From the IMG/VR virus record IMGVR_UViG_3300044641_002725: 64,000 nucleotides of DNA; one strand, written 5' to 3'. Shown one piece after another: positions 1 through 9,862 of the stretch. A program made the position numbers and the translations under genes. The notes under the pieces are model-generated. The model did no database searches. It had not been told where the DNA came from and saw only the letters and a list, made by a program, of their open reading frames with translations. The first letter of the stretch is position 1. Every line of letters starts with the position of its first letter. The DNA is from a virus.

Positions 1-1
1 A

Positions 2-265
2 AACAGTTATTCTGCTGACGAAGGATATCACGATGATTTGGTCATGCCTTTAGTGCTGTTTTCATGGCTGACAACAAACTCATATTTCAAAGAGTTGACA
101 AACATCAATATACGAAAAGAATTGTACGAAACAAGAATTAAAATGATCGAAGAGGAAATGACTCCTTTCGGATTTATAAATAATGGTGACGAAGAAAATC
201 AATTAGTCGATGCAGGAGGGCAAGTCTGGAACGTAGAGAACTATCACAAATCTGATTTTTTATAA
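2..265 (+). CDS. gp17: Terminase large subunit, C-terminal fragment (5' truncated by window)
   Basis: Frame from nt 2 reads NSYSADEGYHDDLVMPLVLFSWL, the gp17 nuclease-domain 'HDDLVM' motif; lies just upstream of the sheath gene. Confidence 0.9.
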   Translation, partial: NSYSADEGYHDDLVMPLVLFSWLTTNSYFKELTNINIRKELYETRIKMIEEEMTPFGFINNGDEENQLVDAGGQVWNVENYHKSDFL

Positions 266-268
266 ATA
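261..268 (+). promoter_or_regulatory. T4-type late promoter TATAAATA
   Basis: Exact TATAAATA ~50 nt upstream of gp18; gp55 is encoded in the window. Confidence 0.85.
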
Positions 269-316
269 AATTAAACAAACCTAACAACAGAATATCATTA
301 TAACAAGGAGAATTCA

Positions 317-2206
317 ATGGCTATAAGTCTAATTTCACCAGGAATTAAGATCACCGAATCAGATTTGGTGTCTTCCTCACAAGCAGTATCTTCAACATCT
401 GGCGCATTTTCTGGACAATTTCGTTGGGGTCCGATAGATAAAGCAGTACAAGTTACAAACGAAACTGAGTTGGTAAATCAATTTGGTAAACCAAATGCAA
501 CTAACGTAGTTGACTTTTTGTCAGCCGCTAACTTTTTAGGCTACACTAGTTCATTGTTCGTTGTTCGTAGCGCAAACACAGCGTTGAATGCTACAGCAGA
601 AGCGACAACTGGTTCAGGCACAGCGGGTACTGGTACATCTATTAAGAACGATGACGTATATATTAACACAGCATCTTTTAACGTTGGTCCATGGGCCGCT
701 CGTTACTCTGGTGCATTAGGAAATGCACTTAAAGTTTCTTTGTGCCCAAGTTCAAATGCGTACTCTAACACATTGACTGGAACATATACTGTAACAGCAG
801 GTTCTACGACAGTTACTGGTTCAGGTACTGCGGCAAACACAGAAATGCAAGTTGGCGACATTCTTGTATTGGGTGGACGTGCATCTAAAGTTACTGCTAT
901 TACTAATGCAACATCATTGACGCTCGAATCTGCACACTTAACTGGTGCTTCAGCCGCAACAGGTGTACGCCGTTGGGAATTCTTTGGTGAGTTTGATTCT
1001 GCACCAAGAACATCTACAGCAGGAACAGCCGCAGGCGCAACTGGCGATGAATTGCACGTTGTTGTCGTTGACAAAACTGGTGATATCACTGGAACAGCAG
1101 GAACAGTTTTGGAAAAATACGCATATCTTTCTAAAGGCTCTGATGCTAAAGCTGACTCTGGTGGTAGCAACTACTACAAGAATGCTATTAATGACCGCTC
1201 AAAGTATATTTATTGGGCTGCCCATGATGCCGCAGGCACTAATTGGGGTAGCACATTATCTAACACAACATTTACGGCAATTAATACACCTAAGGCATAT
1301 TCTTTAGCTGGTGGTTCTGATGGTAACGCAATTACAGATGGCGATAGATCATCGGGTTATGTTTTACTTGCAAACAAGCAAGAAATTCCTGCATCTATTA
1401 TTGTAACTGGTCAAGCGACTGCCACAGTAGTAAATAGAATTATTGCTGACGTTGCTGAAGTTAGAAAAGACGTTATTGTTTGCGTATCTCCATTGAGAGC
1501 AAACGTTGTTAATAATGCTGGTTCTGAAGCGACTTCAATCTTATCTTGGGCAGACACAATCACACGTTCCACATACGCAGTTGCAGACAGCGGTTGGAAA
1601 TATCAGTACGACAAATACAATGATGCATATGTTTATGTACCATTGAATGCTGACACAGCAGGTTGTATGGCACGTAATGACTCTGTTCGTGAGCCATGGT
1701 TATCTCCAGCAGGTTTCAGCAATGGTCGTATTCAAAACTTAGTTCGTTTGGCCTACAATCCAAACCAAGCTGACAGAGACACATTGTACAAAGCCGCAGT
1801 TAATCCAGTTATTACACAAGTTGGTCAAGGTACAGTTTTGTTTGGCGACAAGACATTTACATTGAGAAACACTTCAATGAATCGTGTTAACGTTCGTAGA
1901 TTGTTCATTGAATTGCAAAAGACAATTGGCCAATCCGCAGACAATGTATTGTTTGACCAAAACGATGCAACAACAAGAAACGGTTTCGTAAGTCTAGTTG
2001 TTCCTTACTTGAGAAGCGTTCAGTCTAGAAGAGGTATTACAGCATTCAGAGTTGTTTGTGACGAATCAAACAATCCAGAAGATGTAGTAAATGCTAATGA
2101 ATTTGTTTGCGACATTTTCGTACAACCAATTCGTTCTGTTAACTTCATTCAACTTAACTTTGTCTCTGTAAGAGGTACCGCTACATTCGCTGAAATTGCC
2201 GCATAA
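317..2206 (+). CDS. gp18: Tail sheath protein
   Basis: SPGIKITESD N-terminus, FRWGP, PWLSPAG, RVNVRRLF, IFVQPIRSVNFIQLNF motifs; synteny. Confidence 0.97.
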   Translation: MAISLISPGIKITESDLVSSSQAVSSTSGAFSGQFRWGPIDKAVQVTNETELVNQFGKPNATNVVDFLSAANFLGYTSSLFVVRSANTALNATAEATTGSGTAGTGTSIKNDDVYINTASFNVGPWAARYSGALGNALKVSLCPSSNAYSNTLTGTYTVTAGSTTVTGSGTAANTEMQVGDILVLGGRASKVTAITNATSLTLESAHLTGASAATGVRRWEFFGEFDSAPRTSTAGTAAGATGDELHVVVVDKTGDITGTAGTVLEKYAYLSKGSDAKADSGGSNYYKNAINDRSKYIYWAAHDAAGTNWGSTLSNTTFTAINTPKAYSLAGGSDGNAITDGDRSSGYVLLANKQEIPASIIVTGQATATVVNRIIADVAEVRKDVIVCVSPLRANVVNNAGSEATSILSWADTITRSTYAVADSGWKYQYDKYNDAYVYVPLNADTAGCMARNDSVREPWLSPAGFSNGRIQNLVRLAYNPNQADRDTLYKAAVNPVITQVGQGTVLFGDKTFTLRNTSMNRVNVRRLFIELQKTIGQSADNVLFDQNDATTRNGFVSLVVPYLRSVQSRRGITAFRVVCDESNNPEDVVNANEFVCDIFVQPIRSVNFIQLNFVSVRGTATFAEIAA

Positions 2207-2234
2207 ATACTAGAGAATAAATAAGGAGAATTAT

Positions 2235-2771
2235 ATGGCAATTACAACAATTAGCGATTTGAAAACCGCCCTTAATAGTGGCGCTCGTTCAAATCTGTTT
2301 AAAGTTACATTAAATGGATTTTATAGTACAACTACATCTGAAGATGAAGATTTTAGTTTTTTGTGCAAGGCAGCCCAACTGCCTGGCTCAACTTTAGGTA
2401 TTATTGAAGTTCCATTTTCAGCCGGCAGAAGATATAAAGCGCCTGGAGACAGAACATTTGCTGACTGGACAACAACAGTCATTAATGATTCTAATCACCA
2501 AATTAGAGAAGCATTAGAAAACCTACAAAAAGTTTATGGAACTACTGATTACAATTCAACAATTTCTAAAACTAGAACTGGTGGAACTCAAACGGACTTT
2601 TCTACTATTTTAGTTGAACAACTAGATCAAGCAGGCAATTCGATATATTCATATACGCTGAACAACTGTTGGCCACAAGATATCAGCACTATTGATCTGT
2701 CTTATGACTCTACAGACACTCTCGAAGAGTTTACTGTAACTTGGTCTTACGACTACTTTACATTCGAATAA
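2235..2771 (+). CDS. gp19: Tail tube protein, paralogue 1
   Basis: GARSNLF, CKAAQLPG, GDRTFADWTTTVIND, IDLSYD..EEFTVTWSY motifs. Confidence 0.92.
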   Translation: MAITTISDLKTALNSGARSNLFKVTLNGFYSTTTSEDEDFSFLCKAAQLPGSTLGIIEVPFSAGRRYKAPGDRTFADWTTTVINDSNHQIREALENLQKVYGTTDYNSTISKTRTGGTQTDFSTILVEQLDQAGNSIYSYTLNNCWPQDISTIDLSYDSTDTLEEFTVTWSYDYFTFE

Positions 2772-2781
2772 GGAATAAAAA

Positions 2782-3375
2782 ATGACAACCGAATTTTTCA
2801 ATATCAATACATTTAGAGAAAAACTAAATGGCGGATCAAAAGCAAATTTATTTCGTATGGACATTGAACTCAATGATGATATAGACGGTGTTGATCTAGA
2901 TGCGGCCAATTTTTCTGTTTTGTGTAAATCTGGTGCAATTCCAGCATTTACACTAGGTGTTATTGAAGTTCCATTCAGAGGAAGACGCATTAAAATTCCT
3001 GGTGACAGAACATACGGAGATTGGACAGCAACATTTGTTAACGATGGTAACCAAAACATTCGTAAAACTTTTGACAATTGGCTAAAAAGCATTGTCGATC
3101 CTGATGGAGAGGAAGATTTGAGAGTAGATAGCGAAGATACATACCGTTCTACTATTACTGTGAATCAGTTAAGACCAGATGGCACAGTCGCTAGAGTATA
3201 TAAATTGTATGATGCGTTTCCAACTGATGTTTCTGCTATTGATTTATCTTATGACACTACAGATGCAATTCAAGAGTTTACTGTTACATTCCAATATCAC
3301 TATCTAGATGTTGGTAATACTTCATTGGCTGGCCAAGACGCATCTGCGCCAGACTCAGCAACAGCAACAGTATAA
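2782..3375 (+). CDS. gp19: Tail tube protein, paralogue 2
   Basis: VPFRGRRIKIPGDRTYGDWTATF, FPTDVSAIDLSYD..QEFTVTFQY motifs. Confidence 0.92.
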   Translation: MTTEFFNINTFREKLNGGSKANLFRMDIELNDDIDGVDLDAANFSVLCKSGAIPAFTLGVIEVPFRGRRIKIPGDRTYGDWTATFVNDGNQNIRKTFDNWLKSIVDPDGEEDLRVDSEDTYRSTITVNQLRPDGTVARVYKLYDAFPTDVSAIDLSYDTTDAIQEFTVTFQYHYLDVGNTSLAGQDASAPDSATATV

Positions 3376-3429
3376 AAAGTAAATAATGAATTTTACGCAA
3401 CATAAATAATTGCGTAATAGTTGTCAAAC

Positions 3430-3460
3430 AATGGGGGCTATTACGGCCCCCATTTTTTTT
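3430..3460 (+). terminator. Rho-independent terminator between tube and portal genes
   Basis: ATGGGGGC..GCCCCCAT stem followed by a long T-tract. Confidence 0.85.
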
Positions 3461-3474
3461 AGAGAGACTCAAAT

Positions 3475-5145
3475 ATGGCGATAAAACTTTTTGGATATAA
3501 AATTGGTAAAGATGATGTTGAAGCAGAACAGTTAAAATCGTTTGTGCCACCTACCGATGACGATGCATCCGTTGCAATTTCTGGCGGCGGTGTCTATGGT
3601 ACATACTTAGACCTTGAAGGACAGATTAGAACAGACGCAGATTTAATTAAGAAGTATCGTGAGATGGCACTTCAGCCAGAATGCGATGCGGCTATTGAAG
3701 ACATTGTTAATGAATCATTAGTCTTTGAAGATGGTGATTATCCAGTTCAAATCATTTTAGATAAACTTGAACAGCCTGAATCAATCAAGAAAAAAATTCG
3801 TGATGAATATCATTACGTTATGAAACTTCTTGACTTCAACAATCAGGGATACGATATCTTTCGTAGATGGTATGTTGATGGTCGATTGTATTATCACATG
3901 GTCATTGACGAAAAGAATCCTAGATCAGGATTGAAAGAAGTTCGTTACATTGATCCACGTAAAATTCGTAAAGTGCGTGAAAACAAAAGAACTGACAATC
4001 GTCCTGGAACAGCAGACACATCACAACAGTATCACGAATACTTTATCTACTCTGATAAAGGATTTGCTAAAGATGGTTCACAAGGTATCAAAATTGCAGT
4101 AGATTCAGTTTGCTATACCAACTCTGGTATCACAGACAAAGATGGCAAAGTAATTGTTTCACATTTACACAAAGCAATCAAACCCCTCAATCAATTACGT
4201 ATGCTTGAAGATGCGACAGTTATCTATCGTATTTCAAGAGCGCCAGAGCGTAGAATTTTTTACATTGATGTGGGTAATTTACCTAAGATGAAAGCTGAAC
4301 AATACTTGCGTGAAATCATGCAGAAGTATAAAAACAAATTAGTCTATGATGCACAGACTGGTGAAATTCGTGATGACAGAAGATTCCAAACAATGCTAGA
4401 AGATTACTGGTTGCCACGTAGAGAAGGTGGTAAAGGTACTGAGATTACCACACTACAGGGTGGACAAAACTTAGGTGAGATTGAAGATGTATTGTACTTT
4501 CAAAAGAAGATGTTCAAATCATTGAACGTTCCAGTTTCTCGCATAGAAGCTGACAATGGATTTTCACTAGGTCGTGCTTCTGAAATTACTAGAGATGAAT
4601 TGAAGTTTGGTAAGTTCATTGCACGTTTGCGTTTAAGATTCTCACACTTGTTTGACAAGATGCTTGAAACACAGCTTCTGCTTAAAGGTGTTTGCACTCG
4701 TAAAGAGTGGGAACAAATGAAAGAAGAAATCAGTTATGACTATCAATCAGACTCACACTTCAGCGAACTTAAAAATGCCGAATTGATGAAAGATCGATTG
4801 AGTGTTCTTTCAGACATTGACGGGTATGTTGGCAAATATTTCTCCATTAATTATATCAGAAAAAATGTTTTACATCAAAGCGAAGAAGATATAAAACAAA
4901 TGGACGAAGAAATGCAAGAAGACAAAGCAAACATGGAGGGAGAAGATTCTGTAGCAGAAGATTTGCCACCTCCAGCACCGCCTGCACCTCCACCGCAACA
5001 ACTTGTTGTGAGTGTAAAAAAAGAAGAAACTGAAAACAATGCTAGAGTAATCGATGACGTAGACCAAAGAGAATTAGCTAAGTCTATGACTGCATTTTTT
5101 GGTACATTAGTTGAAGAGGCTAAAGTTGACAAAGAAGGAAACTAA
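3475..5145 (+). CDS. gp20: Portal vertex protein
   Basis: YRISRAPERRIFYIDVGNLPK, EDYWLPRREGGKGTEITTL, ITRDELKF motifs. Confidence 0.98.
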   Translation: MAIKLFGYKIGKDDVEAEQLKSFVPPTDDDASVAISGGGVYGTYLDLEGQIRTDADLIKKYREMALQPECDAAIEDIVNESLVFEDGDYPVQIILDKLEQPESIKKKIRDEYHYVMKLLDFNNQGYDIFRRWYVDGRLYYHMVIDEKNPRSGLKEVRYIDPRKIRKVRENKRTDNRPGTADTSQQYHEYFIYSDKGFAKDGSQGIKIAVDSVCYTNSGITDKDGKVIVSHLHKAIKPLNQLRMLEDATVIYRISRAPERRIFYIDVGNLPKMKAEQYLREIMQKYKNKLVYDAQTGEIRDDRRFQTMLEDYWLPRREGGKGTEITTLQGGQNLGEIEDVLYFQKKMFKSLNVPVSRIEADNGFSLGRASEITRDELKFGKFIARLRLRFSHLFDKMLETQLLLKGVCTRKEWEQMKEEISYDYQSDSHFSELKNAELMKDRLSVLSDIDGYVGKYFSINYIRKNVLHQSEEDIKQMDEEMQEDKANMEGEDSVAEDLPPPAPPAPPPQQLVVSVKKEETENNARVIDDVDQRELAKSMTAFFGTLVEEAKVDKEGN

Positions 5146-8100
5146 TTTTAGCAGTACACTCAGCGAAGCAGTTTCTGTTGCAACATCTGTAGCATACACA
5201 AGACAAGAGATACAAAAACTTAAGACGGAATTCGTATCTCTTCTAGAAAAGAAAACAGCAGAAGTAATCGTTGAACAAGTTCCTGGTCCAGTCGGCCCAC
5301 GTGGAGCCCTTGGTGCAACTGGCGCTCAGGGACCTAAAGGCGACAAAGGTGACAAGGGCGATGTTGGCGAACGTGGTGAAAAAGGTGATGTTGGTCAACA
5401 GGGTGAAATAGGGCCAGAAGGTCCGCAGGGAATAAAAGGCGACAAAGGCGATATTGGTCCACAAGGCATACAGGGAATTACTGGCGAGCGTGGCGAAAAG
5501 GGCGATAAGGGTGAAGACGGCAAAAACGGTTTGGACGGAAGAGATGGAGAAGCGGGCAATATTGGTCCCGCTGGACCAGCTGGCGCACAGGGAATTCAAG
5601 GTGAGCGTGGTGAAAAGGGTGACAGAGGCGACAGAGGAGAGTCAGGAAAAGACGGACAACAAGGAATTCAAGGATCAGTTGGGCCAAGAGGCGAAATCGG
5701 ACCACAGGGCATTCAAGGTCTCCCAGGTAAAGATGGTAAAGACGCAGACGTAAAAGCAATTGAACAATCTATCAGTAAGTTCAAAGAAGTTCTACAAAAA
5801 GATGTAAGTCAATACAAAGCAAAAGTCAATACTATCATATCAAGTGGTATCGGTGGTGGTTCACATGGTGGTGGTGAAGTTAATCTACGTAGACTTGATG
5901 ATGTTGACACAACTAATCTTACTGATGGATATGTTTTAGCATTTAATGAGTCTACGCAAAAATTTGAATTCGTTGAAGGTGGCACTGGCGGCGGTACAGT
6001 AGATACGATAGCAAGAACAAGAGCAAATAATGCATGGAACACAGCCAACTCAGCGTACTTACAAGCAAACTCGGCATACAATCAAGCAAATTCAGCAAAC
6101 TCATTAGCACAAGCCGCATACAATTATGCTAATACATTAAGTGGTTCTGGAACAGATAACTTAGCACGTTCAATTGCCAATAGTGCATATGCTACAGCAA
6201 ATACTAAGTCATATACATTCAGTCAGAACACCGCGCCAGCTACAGCAAACTCAAATGATTTTTGGGCTAATACTGACAGCGCAGTTGTATATTACAATTT
6301 TGGTAATACATCAAGTCCTCTTTGGGTAGAGTTTGGTCCAACAGGAACATCTACTAGCGGTGGTAATACAGACTTGACTGGATATGCAGTTAATACAACC
6401 GTTAATTTAATTTGGTCTACAGCAAATTTAGCATACACTCAAGCAAACACGGGAACCACATTAGCACAAGCGGCATATAATTATGCTAACACCATTATTG
6501 TTCCTAGTTTAAGTGGTTATGCTGTTAACACAACCGTTAATACGATTTGGTCGACTACTAACTCAGCATATACTCAAGCGAACACCGCTACAACTTTAGC
6601 ACAAGCCGCATACAATTATGCTAACACTATTGTTGTTCCAAGTCTAAGCGGATATGCAGTCAATGCTATAGTCGATATTGTTTGGTCAAATTCAAATTCG
6701 GCATTCTCTACAGCCAATGCATCATATAATCAGGCTAACACAGCAACTACTAATGCATCTAATGCCGATGTAAAAGCACAAGCCGCTTACAATTACGCTA
6801 ACACTATTGTTGTTCCAAGTCTTTCTGGTTATGCAACAAACACTACTGTCAATCTGGTTTGGTCTACCGCTAATAGCGCATATACACAAGCAAACTTAGC
6901 ATTCAATACTGCTAACTCTGCATGGACAACAGCAAACACACAGTCCGATTGGAACGTTTCTGATAATACTAGTGTAGCGTTCATTAAAAACAAACCAACA
7001 TTAGTAACGACACTCAATGACTTAAGCGATGCAACAATCGTAAGTCCATTAAACGAACAAGTTTTAGTATACAATACTGCAACTGGTCAATGGATTAATC
7101 AGGCGATTGGTATCTCTGCTAACAATCTAACAACAGGTTATTTTGGCGGATTCTTTTATAACGGCGCAAACGTTGCACTTTCAAACACATCATTAGCATA
7201 TACTGTTCCTATTTCAAGTTCATATGATGGTACGAATGGCGTAACTATTGGTGGTAATAATGATATTTTAATTGCTTATGCAGGAACTTATCACGTTGAA
7301 TATTCTATTCAGTTTGAAAATAATGGAAATTCTGAAGATGCGATTGACATATGGGTTCGAGTGAATGGAGTAAACGTAGCAAATTCGGCTAGCAAGTTTT
7401 CTATTCACAGAAAAAATGGTAATGATCCAGGATTTCTTATTGCTGTTACACCACTTTTATTGACATGTAATGCGGCTGATAGAATTCAGTTTGAGGTTTC
7501 GTCTTCTACGGGTCAGACTAAGATAGCATCATATCCTACACAAATTGATCCAACGACACCTGCAATACCTGCTGTTATTGCTAACGTTCAGCAAGTATCA
7601 TCTATTGTTATTCCAAACGACATTACTGGTACTGCAAATAATGCAAACTATCTTGGTGGTTATGCGGCTAACACTTATGCAACAACTGCTACTACAAATA
7701 CAATTGCGACAAATGTAGCAAGCGCATGGTCTACAGCAAACTCTGCATTTGCACAAGCAAACTCTGCGTGGGCACAAGCCAACACTGGTGGTGCCGCTGG
7801 TACTGATAACGTGGCACGTTCAATTGCTAATAGTGCATTCTCTACTGCCAACTCAGCATTCGCTAAAGCAAATACTGGCACCAGTCAATTAGTCAACGAT
7901 GCTAGTACAGTTAGTCTTAGTGCAAATGGTAACTTAACAGTACCAGGACCAATTGGTGGATTAGGAAATGCTAAACTAGATTTTACTACTTACGGAGCCA
8001 ATGTTGCATATCTAACAACCACTAGTGATGATTCTACTGCATTGTATATGGGGTCGGTATCTGCTGAATTATACGCTCATACAAATATACTCATTAGGAC

Positions 8101-8863
8101 AAATACCGCAGGAGTATCGAAAAATTGGACATTTGGTGCAGATGGTAGCACAACACTTCCAGGCACAGTTGATATAACTTATACTCCAGACACAGCAACT
8201 GGTTCTGCTATAACAATCAATGGCGCTAACACACAGGGTGGTACAGGCTACTTTGACTTTTTAAGGGCCACTAATACTACCAGTGGTGCAACCAATCCAA
8301 ACAAGACATTCCGTTTAAACAGCACAGGTGCGGTAGAAATTATCAATAGTGCCTACACAGCAACTTTATTCAATTTAAGTGATGCTGGTAATTTAAGTAT
8401 CAGCGGAGATTATCAAGTCAACGGTAAAAAAGCAGTCAATGGTCCTGCGTTTAGAGCATACGTAGCAACTGGACAAGCCATTACATCAGGTAGTCAGCAA
8501 AAAGTAACATTCGGCACCGAAAATTTTGACACTAACAATAATTTTGCCAGCAGTAGATTCACACCTACAATAGAAGGATATTATCAGTTGAATGCTACTA
8601 TTCGTATTGATGGTACATCCAGCACCGGCGAAGTTATGATTATTCTTTACAAAAATGGTTCAGAATATGCCCGTGGCCACAATCAATCTGGAACAGAACA
8701 AGGTGCTAGTTTCTATTCAATGAGTGTATCTGACATAGCATACGCTAACGGATCTACCGATTACTTTGAAGTTTATATACAACAGAGTAGTGGTGGTAAT
8801 AGAAATACTACAGCAGGTTCTCCCATTTCATATTTCAGCGGCAGTATGATTAGAGGCGCATAA
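5111..8863 (+). CDS. Large fibre protein: collagen (Gly-X-Y) segment, Ala/Asn coiled-coil repeats, two C1q/TNF-like beta domains (likely start TTG 5126)
   Basis: 51 uninterrupted GXY triplets; TANSAYxQAN repeats; C-terminal PAFRAY..FTPTIEGYYQL..LYKNG..YFSG C1q-like pattern; GAGG upstream of TTG 5126. Confidence 0.8.
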   Translation: MKRLKLTKKETNFSSTLSEAVSVATSVAYTRQEIQKLKTEFVSLLEKKTAEVIVEQVPGPVGPRGALGATGAQGPKGDKGDKGDVGERGEKGDVGQQGEIGPEGPQGIKGDKGDIGPQGIQGITGERGEKGDKGEDGKNGLDGRDGEAGNIGPAGPAGAQGIQGERGEKGDRGDRGESGKDGQQGIQGSVGPRGEIGPQGIQGLPGKDGKDADVKAIEQSISKFKEVLQKDVSQYKAKVNTIISSGIGGGSHGGGEVNLRRLDDVDTTNLTDGYVLAFNESTQKFEFVEGGTGGGTVDTIARTRANNAWNTANSAYLQANSAYNQANSANSLAQAAYNYANTLSGSGTDNLARSIANSAYATANTKSYTFSQNTAPATANSNDFWANTDSAVVYYNFGNTSSPLWVEFGPTGTSTSGGNTDLTGYAVNTTVNLIWSTANLAYTQANTGTTLAQAAYNYANTIIVPSLSGYAVNTTVNTIWSTTNSAYTQANTATTLAQAAYNYANTIVVPSLSGYAVNAIVDIVWSNSNSAFSTANASYNQANTATTNASNADVKAQAAYNYANTIVVPSLSGYATNTTVNLVWSTANSAYTQANLAFNTANSAWTTANTQSDWNVSDNTSVAFIKNKPTLVTTLNDLSDATIVSPLNEQVLVYNTATGQWINQAIGISANNLTTGYFGGFFYNGANVALSNTSLAYTVPISSSYDGTNGVTIGGNNDILIAYAGTYHVEYSIQFENNGNSEDAIDIWVRVNGVNVANSASKFSIHRKNGNDPGFLIAVTPLLLTCNAADRIQFEVSSSTGQTKIASYPTQIDPTTPAIPAVIANVQQVSSIVIPNDITGTANNANYLGGYAANTYATTATTNTIATNVASAWSTANSAFAQANSAWAQANTGGAAGTDNVARSIANSAFSTANSAFAKANTGTSQLVNDASTVSLSANGNLTVPGPIGGLGNAKLDFTTYGANVAYLTTTSDDSTALYMGSVSAELYAHTNILIRTNTAGVSKNWTFGADGSTTLPGTVDITYTPDTATGSAITINGANTQGGTGYFDFLRATNTTSGATNPNKTFRLNSTGAVEIINSAYTATLFNLSDAGNLSISGDYQVNGKKAVNGPAFRAYVATGQAITSGSQQKVTFGTENFDTNNNFASSRFTPTIEGYYQLNATIRIDGTSSTGEVMIILYKNGSEYARGHNQSGTEQGASFYSMSVSDIAYANGSTDYFEVYIQQSSGGNRNTTAGSPISYFSGSMIRGA
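5285..5743 (+). repeat. Collagen-like Gly-X-Y repeat (51 triplets)
   Basis: GPVGPRGALGAT...GLPGKDGKD counted from the translation. Confidence 0.95.
6374..6937 (+). repeat. About 4 imperfect ~135-nt (45-aa) intragenic repeats
   Basis: Unit LSGYAVNTTVNxxWSTxNxAYTQANTxTTLAQAAYNYANTIVVPS recurs; third unit is longer. Confidence 0.85.
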
Positions 8864-8864
8864 C

Positions 8865-9413
8865 ATGGCACTTAATTTTCCATCATCACCAGCATTAAAT
8901 CAAACACACACAGTCGGAAGTAAGACTTGGAAGTGGAATGGTTATGCGTGGGACGTACAACTACAAGATGTCGCTGATAGTGCATTTGTAATAGCCGCTT
9001 TTGCAACTGCAAATTCTGCATTCGCACAAGCCAATGCCGCTTATGCACAAGCGAATACTGGTGGCGCTGGTGCTACTGAGTCTCTAAACGTAGTCTTTGA
9101 CAATATTACCGCAACTCAATATAAGATTGTTGCTTTGAACGCTAATGCACAAACTGTCCTTGCAACATCATTAGAAATAGGTCAAATTGATAGAGTTTTG
9201 GGTGTATTAGATAATGCTGGTGAAACAGTTACTTTTGGTGCTATCACAAACCCGTCATGGACTTGGACTCCAGAACAGTCATTGTATCTTGGAAGTAATG
9301 GCACAATAGTGACAACATCTACAATTGACGGTGCGGCATTTTCTCTAAAAATTGGTTACGCAATCTCATCAACAAAAGCATTCATAAAAATCGGAACACC
9401 CGTTGTTTTATAA
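8865..9413 (+). CDS. Virion structural/fibre-associated protein
   Basis: MALNFPSSP..WKWNGYAW N-terminus typical of phage fibre proteins; shares ANSAFAQAN repeat with upstream gene; WTWTP..LYLGSNG capsid-cement-like C-terminus. Confidence 0.6.
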   Translation: MALNFPSSPALNQTHTVGSKTWKWNGYAWDVQLQDVADSAFVIAAFATANSAFAQANAAYAQANTGGAGATESLNVVFDNITATQYKIVALNANAQTVLATSLEIGQIDRVLGVLDNAGETVTFGAITNPSWTWTPEQSLYLGSNGTIVTTSTIDGAAFSLKIGYAISSTKAFIKIGTPVVL

Positions 9414-9416
9414 ATA
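9409..9416 (+). promoter_or_regulatory. Late promoter TATAAATA
   Basis: Exact motif upstream of ORF 9440. Confidence 0.8.
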
Positions 9417-9439
9417 AGTAAAAACTAGGAGCAATCTAC

Positions 9440-9841
9440 ATGGCAAACGCACTTTACTCAAAAGCAAAAGAAGCATTTTTAAATGGTTCCATCAATATGG
9501 TAGCCAACACTATTACTATAGCACTTGTTGATACTGGTGTTTATACTTATAGTGCATCACATCAATTTAGAAATGAAGTGTCAAACTCTGCTGTAATTTC
9601 GTCAACAACATTGGCAAATAAAACAATTACAAATGGCGTATTTGATGCAGATGATGCAACATTCAGTTCTGTAACTGGCGCAAATTGTGAAGCATTATTG
9701 ATATTCCAAGATACTGGAATTCAGACTACATCTAGATTAATTGCGTACATTGATAGCGCAACTGGTCTTCCAATTCTACCTAACGGCGGTGATATTTCTG
9801 TTGCATTCTCTAGCGGATCAAGTAAGATTTTTGCTCTTTAA
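9440..9841 (+). CDS. Conserved phage structural protein
   Basis: MANALY..FDADD..RLIAYID..GLPILPNGGDI pattern seen in phage tail/fibre modules; late promoter and SD. Confidence 0.6.
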   Translation: MANALYSKAKEAFLNGSINMVANTITIALVDTGVYTYSASHQFRNEVSNSAVISSTTLANKTITNGVFDADDATFSSVTGANCEALLIFQDTGIQTTSRLIAYIDSATGLPILPNGGDISVAFSSGSSKIFAL

Positions 9842-9862
9842 TTTTTTGATATAAATTAAATC

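Noticed and set aside
5090-5145. Programmed frameshift fusing portal to the collagen fibre
   Set aside because: The T-run at 5095-5100 lies upstream of an in-frame TAG (5108-5110) of the fibre frame, no slippery site is evident in the overlap, and a GAGG-TTG start at 5126 explains the gene.
5285-5743. Collagen prolyl hydroxylation by the phage 2OG oxygenase
   Set aside because: Pro is almost always in the X position (only one GxP triplet), unlike prolyl-4-hydroxylase substrates; no linkage evidence.
6374-6937. CRISPR array or DGR repeat
   Set aside because: Repeats are in-frame coding units with synonymous variation, without spacers, adenine-specific variation or a reverse transcriptase.
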